Shown: positions 17,151-26,500 of the stretch, one piece after another | How the letters are laid out: each line of letters begins with the position of its first letter | How positions within the stretch are numbered: the first letter of the stretch is position 1 | Virus record (IMG/VR): IMGVR_UViG_3300021368_000002 | From: a virus | Taxonomy: Duplodnaviria; Caudoviricetes | Reading direction: 5' to 3' (one strand) | DNA: 64,000 bases | Made by a program: the position numbers and the translations under genes | Notes under the pieces: model-generated | Databases searched by the model: none | Told to the model about the DNA's origin: nothing | The model's input: only the letters and a program-made list of their open reading frames with translations

Positions 17151-17789
17151 TTAATCTGATCCTGCGTCTGGAGTGTTGGGCAACGTTACTTTATGTGCAG
17201 GAATGCCGTTCCACGTAGCTGGTAAATCCCTTAGTGCAGCTCTATAGTCTAACCAAGGTTGTTTAACCGCTGCCGGCATATCTTCTGCAATATTACCGTC
17301 CGTTGCTTCTAACATTCTATCTCTAATTTCTCTTAACATTTCCCAAGTAATTTCTGGCTCTAGCATATCATATGTCCATGAACCGTCTGCATATGTTAAC
17401 GTATCTAAGTCAACAAATTCATCTGGTTCTAAAGGATATGAATATACCCAAGTCTCGCCGTTTGAAAGTGTTTGTGTTACATCTGATGCAGCAGTAGTCA
17501 TTGTAAACGCTGTTGGATCAATTAATGATGCAACTAAAGGATCTTGTTGACTATCTACTAGAACTTTTGTTGTACCTTCTGGTGCAGCAGCATTTTCACC
17601 GTCATTAGCTTCATCATAAAATGGATAAGTGTTTTCAATAACGCCAGTTGTTGCGTCTACAAATACCCACCATTTGGATGGACCTGTATATGAAGCATTT
17701 ACAGTTGTATTGTCCGCTACGCTTGATGATCTAAGCTCGTCTGGGCAAACATATGTAAATGTTTGTGTTATGGTTGTGTTTGTTGGCAT
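17151..17789 (-). CDS. Tail fibre assembly chaperone-like protein (paralog A)
   Basis: TWEMLREIRDRMLEATD....EDMP...KQPWLDYRAALRDLP. Shares Y.GP..WVFV...TG and DP(L)..(L) with 14972-15619. Confidence 0.7.
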   Translation of the reverse strand: MPTNTTITQTFTYVCPDELRSSSVADNTTVNASYTGPSKWWVFVDATTGVIENTYPFYDEANDGENAAAPEGTTKVLVDSQQDPLVASLIDPTAFTMTTAASDVTQTLSNGETWVYSYPLEPDEFVDLDTLTYADGSWTYDMLEPEITWEMLREIRDRMLEATDGNIAEDMPAAVKQPWLDYRAALRDLPATWNGIPAHKVTLPNTPDAGSD

Positions 17790-17801
17790 TTCTCTTTTCC
17801 T

Positions 17802-18533
17802 CTATGCAAATGATACTTTTACAATTCCGCCGGCGCCTTGGTCTCCACAATAGCAGTTATAATAACAGCAACTTCTTCCGTTAGGTCCTCCGCCTGATGG
17901 AAAGTTTGTACAAGTATAAGCACACCCATGTGCTCTATTTCCTACGTTACAAACTGAGCGTTCACCAACACTTTGGCCAAATTGATATGAGTGTCCTAGC
18001 CAATCGTTCCAGTGATGCAAACATCCGTCTTTGAGTGAGTTACCTCTAATTGATCCTAATGTAAAGTCTCCTGCTGCTCCCGGTGTGCAATAATACATCG
18101 GACAGCAAGTGCTTCCGTAAGCATAAAAACATTGTGTTCTGCCTCCACATCCTCCGCCTGCACAAGTAGTCGAAATACCTGATCCGCTAACGAATGATGT
18201 GTATCCTGTACAACCTACACAGTAATTAGATCTACAGCTAGATCCTCCTGCACAAATTGTATATTGACAGCCAGCTACTGTAGAAATCGTTCTAGTACTA
18301 TATGCTCCGCCTGCTGCTGTTTGAGAAGATGATTGACAGCATCTTGCGCCAGCACCGCCGCCGCCACCTCCCCATAATTCAAATGTTACCTGTGTTACAC
18401 CATCGGGCACAGTCCATAGACAACATTTACCACCAGAGTTGTGTGCTCTTGACATATTATATACATAAAATGTTTGCATTGCCGGCGGTGCAGCCGGTGC
18501 TACATCTGATTTCAAACTTTGTAATGTTGCCAT
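17802..18533 (-). CDS. Cys-rich, Gly-rich protein, paralog A
   Basis: 243 aa, 23 Cys by hand count. NSGGKCCLWTVPDGVTQVTFELWGGGGGGAGARCC; ends GAGGIVKVSF. Confidence 0.65.
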   Translation of the reverse strand: MATLQSLKSDVAPAAPPAMQTFYVYNMSRAHNSGGKCCLWTVPDGVTQVTFELWGGGGGGAGARCCQSSSQTAAGGAYSTRTISTVAGCQYTICAGGSSCRSNYCVGCTGYTSFVSGSGISTTCAGGGCGGRTQCFYAYGSTCCPMYYCTPGAAGDFTLGSIRGNSLKDGCLHHWNDWLGHSYQFGQSVGERSVCNVGNRAHGCAYTCTNFPSGGGPNGRSCCYYNCYCGDQGAGGIVKVSFA

Positions 18534-18546
18534 TTTTTATTCCTTA

Positions 18547-18879
18547 TTAAGATCCTGCTAAGACCCAACCGTATGTTGCTCCGCTGTATACTAGTGTTGC
18601 TGCGCTGTTGCCGATGTCTAATGATAGATCCTCTGTAAGTCCATGTATCTTATGTCCATTACGAGCAACAGTAGCGTTGTTTGTTCCAAAGTTACCTCCA
18701 ATATCAATAAATTGGATTGTGTCGTTTACTAATGTATCAGACGACCCTGGTAATGTTAATGTAATAGCCCCTGCTGTTGTATCTATCAATAGGCGTTCGT
18801 TAGCGACTGCATTAGTATTTGCAGTGACAGTTCTTACGGTGGTGCCTGCTGACCCAGTTGTTGTAATGTATCTTGCCAT
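18547..18879 (-). CDS. Small tail connector-like protein (110 aa), stand-alone copy of the C-terminal domain of 39022-40002
   Basis: ITLTLP...D.IQFIDIGGNFGTNN.TV...I.GL.E.L.LD......LVY....GW aligns with ITINLP...DEVRFLDIGGTFATNNLTV...IQGLAESLTVD...LVY....GW. Confidence 0.6.
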   Translation of the reverse strand: MARYITTTGSAGTTVRTVTANTNAVANERLLIDTTAGAITLTLPGSSDTLVNDTIQFIDIGGNFGTNNATVARNGHKIHGLTEDLSLDIGNSAATLVYSGATYGWVLAGS

Positions 18880-18905
18880 TTTAAATTATCCTAACTTCCT
18901 ATTTG

Positions 18906-18913
18906 TATTTATG
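18906..18913 (-). promoter_or_regulatory. T4-late-like promoter CATAAATA
   Basis: Overlaps the stop of 18909-19229, 27 nt upstream of ATG 18879, followed by SD-like AGGA. Confidence 0.45.
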
Positions 18914-19229
18914 CAGTTGGAGTCTCAACACCAAACGCAACTGCGGTTGTATTAGCTGCACTACTTCTTACAACTAATTTCTGACCTGCACCAACTGCAA
19001 TACCTGTTCTTTCAAGTACGCCTTTGGGCATGATTTCTGTTTCATATTCTATATATTCAGCAGCAGTTGGTGTATCTAAATCTGCAACCGCTAGCCTAAT
19101 AGTTATAGCTTGGTTTCCTCTATTAACAATAGAAACACTTGTAATTGCAAACGTGCTAGTTGGCACTGTATACAAAGTAGTATTTGTATCTGCTAATAAA
19201 TTTTCTGCTCCTAGTCTTCCTGATGCCAT
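18909..19229 (-). CDS. Small virion adaptor protein (106 aa), paralog of 40509-40838
   Basis: TTLYTVP....ITSVSIVN.....I.L.V...IEYETEIMPKGVLE...I.VGAGQKLVVRSS. Same size and pattern as 40509-40838. Confidence 0.55.
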   Translation of the reverse strand: MASGRLGAENLLADTNTTLYTVPTSTFAITSVSIVNRGNQAITIRLAVADLDTPTAAEYIEYETEIMPKGVLERTGIAVGAGQKLVVRSSAANTTAVAFGVETPTA

Positions 19230-19239
19230 TATATTATCC

Positions 19240-22200
19240 TTACGAGTTCAAAAAGTATTGCAGTGCCAAAGGTGTGCCACTTAGTCCTGCTTCAAAATTA
19301 ATTGGTTTATCAATTGTTATTCCGCTACTATCAGTTGTTGTAATAGTGTTACCTGAAATTTGTACCACACCAGCAACAAGCGTATTTACATTAAGAGTAG
19401 CTGCACCGCCACCAATTTGTGAGTTAATATAAGTTCTGATCGCTCGCTGCGTAGGAACAATTTCATCACTATCAGCAGCAAATGTTCCGTCAGTGCTAAA
19501 TTCTTTAATTGTTGCACTTGTACCACCTAATGATACAGAACCTAGTTGTAGTTCTTGCAACCCGCTAACACTAAAGTTGTCAGCATCTAGTGTAGCAGTA
19601 CCAGTTGCCTGTTCAACAGTAAACAAGTCGCCAACTCTAAAGTTACCATCTTGGTCTGTTGATGTATAGAATACTCTACCACCGCCACCTTCTACAGTTT
19701 CATTAGCAGGAGTTGGATTTTGTAGCGGAATACCCGGATAATTGGTTTGTGTGAAATTACCTGTACCAATATCTAGGAAATCGTGTCCTGTTAATCGCAC
19801 TTGTGAATATCTAATTCTATGTGTTACTGCCGCAGCGTGAGCAGGTTCCCCATCTACAGGAATCTCTGGACTTAATTGCAATCTAGCAGTATATGGTCCA
19901 GAACCACCTAATTCAAATAATTGAACAAGTTTGTAGATTGTACTATCGCCTGCTATTTGAATATTTGCTCCAGGTTGCGGTTCGTCGGTTAAATTTTCTA
20001 CATAAACATATTTTCCGCTTTGTAAAATATCAGCATAACCGTCACCAGTTACATCTGCACTTGCTGTCTCATAACCTGTTCCTCTATCAGCAAAGGTAGG
20101 TTGTGCAAGCACTCCGCTACCTACTCTTACCGTATGGGGTACATCTACAGTGTTGTTTGGATCTGTAATTGTCATTGTAGGCGGACTTGCAGGATCATAT
20201 CCAGTGCCCGGTTCTATAATTACAATTTTAAATATTTTATCACCTGCGACTTTTGCTCTTCCTCTTGCAGTTGTTCCAGTTACTGGATCAGCAAACGTAA
20301 CTCTTGGCTCTATTCTATAGTTTGATGTTTGATCTAATGTAGTTTCAATAGCAGTTCCAGGAACAAGATGGTCCCATCCTGCTGTATCGTCACTCATTTT
20401 CTTTACTGTTGCAATTTTTGTACCAGCATTGTATGTGTCAATATAAGCATATTGTCCTACCCCTACGCCGTCTTCTATATAGATTGCCATACCAACATAG
20501 TCTGCACTATTTGCTGTATCTGTGTTCGAAATAGTAATAGTAGTTGATGTACCGCTTTGAGCATTATTGAGTGCTGTTGTGTAATCTGCACCACCATAGT
20601 TATTTGCTGGATTAGTAAGTTGCACTGCAAAAACACCATTTGTCCTTGTATTTACTGCACTAACACTTGCACCTATACCTTCACCTACAAAGCTATAAGA
20701 TGCTGTTGTGTAGTTAACACCTGCATTTTCGTATTCTAGTGCTAATATTCTACTACCATCTGTAAATACGCTATTAATAATAGCTTCTGCATAGTAGTTA
20801 TTTACTGTACCTGTTATAGGTGTTTCAGTAGTATCAATACCTTCAGCTACTGATCCAAAATCACCATAAGAGTTGTTTCCGTTTGTAGCACGAATCTTAC
20901 CACCGTTCTCTGCAAGATATCCAATATGGTTGTAATACGTAAACACTGACACAAGTTCTGAGCGGCCTAAGTTTGTTACCCAGTAACCAATACCATCACT
21001 TAGAATCTGTGTAAAGTCGTTAGCAACAATTGAATCGTTTCCGCCTGCGTGTAGATCACCATCTACTTTTAATCCTATACAAGCTGTACCAAATGTTGAA
21101 ACGTTTTGAATGTAAGGTGATTTGTTATGAATCCATACAAGCCTATCATCTACACCCTCGCCTGGATCTAAACTCACATATGCACCTGCTGATGGACGAC
21201 TTGTGCCATAAGAATTTGCAGCGCCTAAAGTACCTGTAAGTCCTGCTAGTGTGCAATTTCTAATACCACATCCGTTTCTAACATAAAACATATTTTCAGT
21301 TAGTGAATCACCGTCTGGAGTAATTCTTGTACTACGTAATTCGTCTCCAACAATAGCTGTATGTGAAGGAACACTAATCGGTAATGCTTCTGCATATGTT
21401 CCTGTCTTAACATATAGTGTATTATGAATCACTTGTTCTGCAGGTAAACTTGATAAGTTTCCTGCTGTAATCGCTGCTGTTATATGTGAAACAAGTGAGT
21501 CGTAAGTGCTTTCAGCATCTGTTTCTGCTGTGTAGGCTACATCAATTACTTGTGTAACTGGAGTTGCTACACTGTTTTCTGTTTGGTAATTTGTTGCAGG
21601 AGGTGTATTTCCTAAAACTGCTGCTACAACATCTAAACTGTAATTTATTGCTGCAACTGTTTCTGTTTCCTGGCCAGCAACGTAACTTGCACCAGCTGTT
21701 GTAAAATATGACTGCGCTGCTTTTCTTGTTTCTACATTACCGCCATGTGATATATCATACCCTACGTGTTTTACAATTCTTTTCATATCACGTAAACATT
21801 TTGTTTTATCGTATGTAAATGCTCCTGTAAATGGCGCAATCGCATTTGCAATTTGATAATCAACCCATTCAACTGTTTCTGCTGCAATAAAATCAATATT
21901 TTGATCTAAAAGATATTTTGCATTTACACGAGTAGTTGCATTAAGTATTTGTGAACAAGCATATGCAACTGTTAGCCAAGGCCTGTCTGCTGTAATACCA
22001 TATGTCGGAGCAGGAGAGTCTGTACCTTGTGGTGAAACATAATAGACATTATCTACAAGTCCAAAATAATCCCATTCTACACCAGTGCCAGCAGTGTCAA
22101 CTTTTAAAACTTGTCCCGGGTCACCAATTGGTAATCTAGTAGGTCCAGCTCCTGAATAATAAAGAATATCACCATCTGTTGTTAAAACATTTTCTTCAGC

Positions 22201-23508
22201 TGTTGCACCTACTAGATTCCAAAATGTACCATTAGAATCCAAGTCCGGTCTATTGCTTGCATTATCTGAAGTATGGTTTTGTTGAGCTACATAAGCGTTG
22301 TCGCTATATTTAACAAGATCGCCTATTTTGTATGCAGTAGCATCTGCCCAGTCGCCCTGCCATGCAAAACCTTCGTTTAGTTTGCTCCAATATGTTGTGT
22401 TTGGTGGTTCTTGTCCTGTGCTATCTGCTGTTGCAAGATATGTGTATCCATTTACTCGGACAACATCGCCCACTTTGTATGCTGTAGCAACATCCCAATC
22501 ACCTTGTAGGTTAAATCCTGTAATATATACGTCCCAGTCAGTAGTAGCAGTTGAAGGTGTACTACCTGAATGGTTTGTTTTTGCAACATATGTATATCCA
22601 CCGTACGATACAATATCTCCAGGTTGATAAACAGTTGCTACGTTCCAGCTATCTTCAAATTCTAAACCAGGTAAGAAAACTTCCCAATTAGATTGATCTG
22701 TTTGGAATAAACTTGTGCTAGTGTGGTATGTTGTACAAATCCAAAGACTTGGGCCGTTTTTAACAATGTCGTTTACTACATATCTTGTGTTTTGCTGCCA
22801 TGCTGATCTATAATTAATACCTTGATGATAAACATTCCAATTTGCAATATCATTTTCTAATCCTAAAGCAGCATCAGATGTTGATGTGTGTCCTGTGATA
22901 GCAATATAGATAAACCCGTTATATTTTACGATGTCATCTTTCTTGTATCTAGTTGATATTGCCCAATCACCTTTCCAATCAATTCCTGGAGTGAATTCAT
23001 TCCAATTAGCAATATCATCTTCTAAACCATCAGTAACAGTTTCGGCACTAGTATGCGCTGTTGCACATATGTATGTTGTACCGCCATACTTAGCAATGTC
23101 GTTAACTTTATATTTTGTGTTTATTGTCCAAGCGCCAGTATATGAAAGCCCTTCAGCAAAAATATCCCACTTAGACTGATCGTCTTCTAAGCCTAGTGCA
23201 TTTGTAGCAGCAGATGTGTGTCCTGTGTTACAAATGTAAATGTATCCGCCGTTTCTAACAATGTCGTTAACTTTAAAATATTTGTTAACTACCCAGTCGC
23301 CTTCCCATGTTAGACCGTCGCCGAATTGTTGCCATTTAGGTTGAACATCGTTTAAATCAGTTTCTAGGTTTGCAGCACCTGTGTGTGCAAGTATACATAT
23401 GAAGGTTTTACCTCCATACTGTACAATATCATCTCGTACGTACTCAGTTCCTGTCGCCCAGGCACCTTTCCAAATAAATCTAATTCTACCAAGTTTAAAC
23501 TCAGCCAT
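19240..23508 (-). CDS. Large tail/baseplate fibre protein (~1422 aa): 8 CBM5/12-like repeats, helical C-x-RD insert, pectin-lyase-like beta-helix
   Basis: Repeats W...T.Y...DIV.YGG..YIC...HTS......W; TTDGDILYY..RLPIG..GQVL; GIRNCTL.GL; SPYIQNVSTFG; SIVANDFTQILSDGIG. ATG 23508 preferred; an in-frame GTG lies at 23517. Confidence 0.75.
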   Translation of the reverse strand: MAEFKLGRIRFIWKGAWATGTEYVRDDIVQYGGKTFICILAHTGAANLETDLNDVQPKWQQFGDGLTWEGDWVVNKYFKVNDIVRNGGYIYICNTGHTSAATNALGLEDDQSKWDIFAEGLSYTGAWTINTKYKVNDIAKYGGTTYICATAHTSAETVTDGLEDDIANWNEFTPGIDWKGDWAISTRYKKDDIVKYNGFIYIAITGHTSTSDAALGLENDIANWNVYHQGINYRSAWQQNTRYVVNDIVKNGPSLWICTTYHTSTSLFQTDQSNWEVFLPGLEFEDSWNVATVYQPGDIVSYGGYTYVAKTNHSGSTPSTATTDWDVYITGFNLQGDWDVATAYKVGDVVRVNGYTYLATADSTGQEPPNTTYWSKLNEGFAWQGDWADATAYKIGDLVKYSDNAYVAQQNHTSDNASNRPDLDSNGTFWNLVGATAEENVLTTDGDILYYSGAGPTRLPIGDPGQVLKVDTAGTGVEWDYFGLVDNVYYVSPQGTDSPAPTYGITADRPWLTVAYACSQILNATTRVNAKYLLDQNIDFIAAETVEWVDYQIANAIAPFTGAFTYDKTKCLRDMKRIVKHVGYDISHGGNVETRKAAQSYFTTAGASYVAGQETETVAAINYSLDVVAAVLGNTPPATNYQTENSVATPVTQVIDVAYTAETDAESTYDSLVSHITAAITAGNLSSLPAEQVIHNTLYVKTGTYAEALPISVPSHTAIVGDELRSTRITPDGDSLTENMFYVRNGCGIRNCTLAGLTGTLGAANSYGTSRPSAGAYVSLDPGEGVDDRLVWIHNKSPYIQNVSTFGTACIGLKVDGDLHAGGNDSIVANDFTQILSDGIGYWVTNLGRSELVSVFTYYNHIGYLAENGGKIRATNGNNSYGDFGSVAEGIDTTETPITGTVNNYYAEAIINSVFTDGSRILALEYENAGVNYTTASYSFVGEGIGASVSAVNTRTNGVFAVQLTNPANNYGGADYTTALNNAQSGTSTTITISNTDTANSADYVGMAIYIEDGVGVGQYAYIDTYNAGTKIATVKKMSDDTAGWDHLVPGTAIETTLDQTSNYRIEPRVTFADPVTGTTARGRAKVAGDKIFKIVIIEPGTGYDPASPPTMTITDPNNTVDVPHTVRVGSGVLAQPTFADRGTGYETASADVTGDGYADILQSGKYVYVENLTDEPQPGANIQIAGDSTIYKLVQLFELGGSGPYTARLQLSPEIPVDGEPAHAAAVTHRIRYSQVRLTGHDFLDIGTGNFTQTNYPGIPLQNPTPANETVEGGGGRVFYTSTDQDGNFRVGDLFTVEQATGTATLDADNFSVSGLQELQLGSVSLGGTSATIKEFSTDGTFAADSDEIVPTQRAIRTYINSQIGGGAATLNVNTLVAGVVQISGNTITTTDSSGITIDKPINFEAGLSGTPLALQYFLNS
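22200..23495 (-). repeat. Eight ~48-52 aa CBM5/12-like (chitin-binding-type) repeats; eight more at ~26950-28650
   Basis: Visible periodic W-x-G-x-W....Y...D(I/V)V.Y.G..Y.C/A...H..S....W pattern in both paralogs. Coordinates approximate. Confidence 0.8.
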
Positions 23509-23550
23509 CCGGTTCACTCTCCCCTAACTGGCGTTATACAGTTATTTATC
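23509..23550 (-). promoter_or_regulatory. Late promoter GATAAATA (23543-23550) plus conserved leader TTAGGGGAGAGTGAACC (23511-23527)
   Basis: The 17-nt exact match at 47214-47230 sits at the same distance from the ATG. Confidence 0.8.
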
Positions 23551-23558
23551 ACTTTCCA

Positions 23559-26500
23559 CTACTTAGCTGTGAAAAGGTTTTGTTGTAGTCCCACTCCTGA
23601 CATTCCTCCAATAGCAGTGACAGGTGCTGTAACTTTCAAAGACGTGCTTTCGCCCGACGGTAACAATCCTATTGTTTTATTTTGTATTTGAACGTCTCCT
23701 GCAATAAGTGTGTTAGCATTAACAACAGCACCACCACTTGAAATACGTGCTTCAAAATATCCTGCAATCGCTCGTTGAGTAGGCACAATATTGTCGCTAT
23801 TAGCAACAAATGTTTGGTCTTTTGAAAATTCTCTAACAACAGCACTTGTACCGCCTAATACAATACCACCTAATACAAGCTCATCTAATCCAGATAAGTC
23901 AAACTGGCTTGCACTAATTGTCACAACACCAGTAGCTTGGTCAACTTTAAACAGTTCGCCAACTCTAAAGTTACCATCTTGATCTGTTGATGTATAGAAT
24001 ACTCTACCACCGCCTGAACCAACTGTTTCTTGGAACTGTCGAGGTGTATTTTCACTTGTGTATCCAAATACATATCTATTAGGATATGCAGTTTCTGTAA
24101 AGTTACCTGTGCCTATATCTAAGAAGTCATGTCCTGTTAATCTTATTTGACTATATTTTTGTCTAATTTCTACTTGCGTGTCATGTTGTGGAGCAGTATT
24201 AGTATCTAAATTTGGAGTAATTTGTAATCTAGCTGTAAGATTTGGTTCTGTACCCGTTACATCTTCAATTTTTTGTATACTAAATTGTGCTCCTGGTAAT
24301 GATCCAAATGTAAGAGCATCACCTGGACCAGGAATTCTTAAAAGATCTTTAACAAATATAATACCACTGCTTGGGAATATATCTGCATATCCATCTCCTA
24401 ATATTTCTACAGATGCCCGTGTATATTCGATACCGCCACTAGTTAAAAACGGTTGTGCTAAAACGCCATCGTTTACTCTAAATTGATACACAGCATCTAT
24501 AGTTGAGTTTTGATCGTAAATTATTCCCTCTGGCAGAGTGTTATACCCAGCACCTGGATTTACAATATTAATCTGGTCTAAGCTCTGACTTCTCACACTA
24601 CATCTTGCAATAGCAGGTGTACCATATGTAATAGGAGTAATAGTGCTTGCACTACTGTTATTGGCAGGAATGTAATAGTGCTGCCCTGTGCATGAAATCA
24701 AATTAACTGCTCTAACGTCAACACCTCCAGTAGGAGTAAGTGGATACCAATTAATTGCATCAACACTAGCAACTGTTGCACCTGTATTTGCCATAGCAAA
24801 ATATAATCCTTGTTCACCTGTTACATACCATGTAGCAATACTTGTTTCTGTAAGATTACTTGGATTTGGTTTAATGCTTTCTTGTAAATTAAATACAGGT
24901 GTTTGATCACCTGAAACATGGGCAACTACAGTTCTTGCCGGATTAACAGAAGTTGAGTCTCTAACCATTGCTACAAATGATCTCGGTCCACCATCAAAAT
25001 CTGTTACAATGTAATTAGCAGGTAAAGGTAATCCTGACTGATTGTTACCTTGTATCCATGAACTTCCACTATCTTTTGATTCGTAGATATTTCCGTTTGT
25101 ATCGCAAACCATCCAATAATCGCCAGATACTCCTACAAAATTAAACCCAGATCCTAATCCAGTTGTTGATGTAGTCCAGCTGCTTCCGCCATCGGTAGAT
25201 ACATAAATGGCATCTGCTGACGGATTAGTAACCATAACAACATTACCTTGTGCTTTTATGTCGCTAAATGCTGTTCCTGGTATTGTGCCTGCGCTCCAAT
25301 TTATTCCATCTGCTGATGTTTTACTATTTCCACTTGCGCCTATTGCAATAAATTTGTCATTTACCCAAACACATCCTATCCAGTCATCGGAGTCAGAAAC
25401 TGATGCATTTGTCCAACTTGTACCTCCGTCTGTACTGTATGAAAACACACTGCCTTGAACACTTGTTAAAACTACAGTATTTTCACCATCAGTAGCAGAA
25501 GCACCAATTCTCTTAAAACTACCAGTAGATACAGATCCAGCGTTAAATCCAGGTTTGTTTATGTCTAAATATGGCTCTATAGAATATCTTGTAGTTCCAT
25601 CTAAACTAGATTCTATTGGTTTGCCTTCTATTATTGTATTCCATCCCGGTTGACCCCATATGTTAGTAATTGTTGCAACTTTTGTGGAAAAATCATATGT
25701 ATCGATTTTGCCCCATTGACCTGCACCTATACCTTTAATAATCCATATACACATACCTACATAATCATTAGACACATTTTCGTCAGCTGCTGCTAATGTA
25801 ATTTGTGTTTCAGATCCAGCTTGAGCATTATTTTCAATTCTTCTAAATCCAAAACCACCAGCTGTTGAAGAGTCGTCAGCATCTAATAAACGTACTTGAG
25901 ATACTCCGCGTTTTCTAAAATCGTTATAGGTTAAGTTAGCACTTACCCCAGACCCTGTAACTGTTGTAGTTGCGTTTGAATATTCTTGTCCTGCGTGTTC
26001 GTACACCAACCCTACAACCCTATCATCATTGTCAATAATTGTAGCTTCAACTAGTGCTTCACTTGTTCGGTTATCTAAAACTGCACTAATTGCTGATTCT
26101 GCTGTGTTCGATCCTTCTGCAACAGATCCATAATCTCCGTAGGAATTATTTCCGTTTGTAGCTCTTAACTTACCGCCGTTTGTAGCAAGATAACCTATAT
26201 GGCAATAGTATGTAAATACAGAAACAAGTTCAGACTTTCCTTCTTCATTTGCCCAATAACCGATACCATCACTTAGAATTTGTGTAAAGTCGTTAGCAAC
26301 CATTGACTTGTTACCACCATCGTGTAACTCTCCATCAATTTTCATACCTATACATCCTGTTCCAAATGTTGTAACATTTTGGACGTAAGGAGATTTACTA
26401 GTAATCCAAACACTTTGGTCTGTAGGTCCTGTTCCAGGATCTAGTGCAACATATGCTCCTGCATTAGGTCTACGTGTAAAATATGAATTTTGTTCACCTA

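Noticed and set aside
14972-18533. Shufflon or invertible tail-fibre cassette
   Set aside because: All paralogs are full-length, on the same strand and have their own SD and start. No recombinase or inverted crossover sites were seen.
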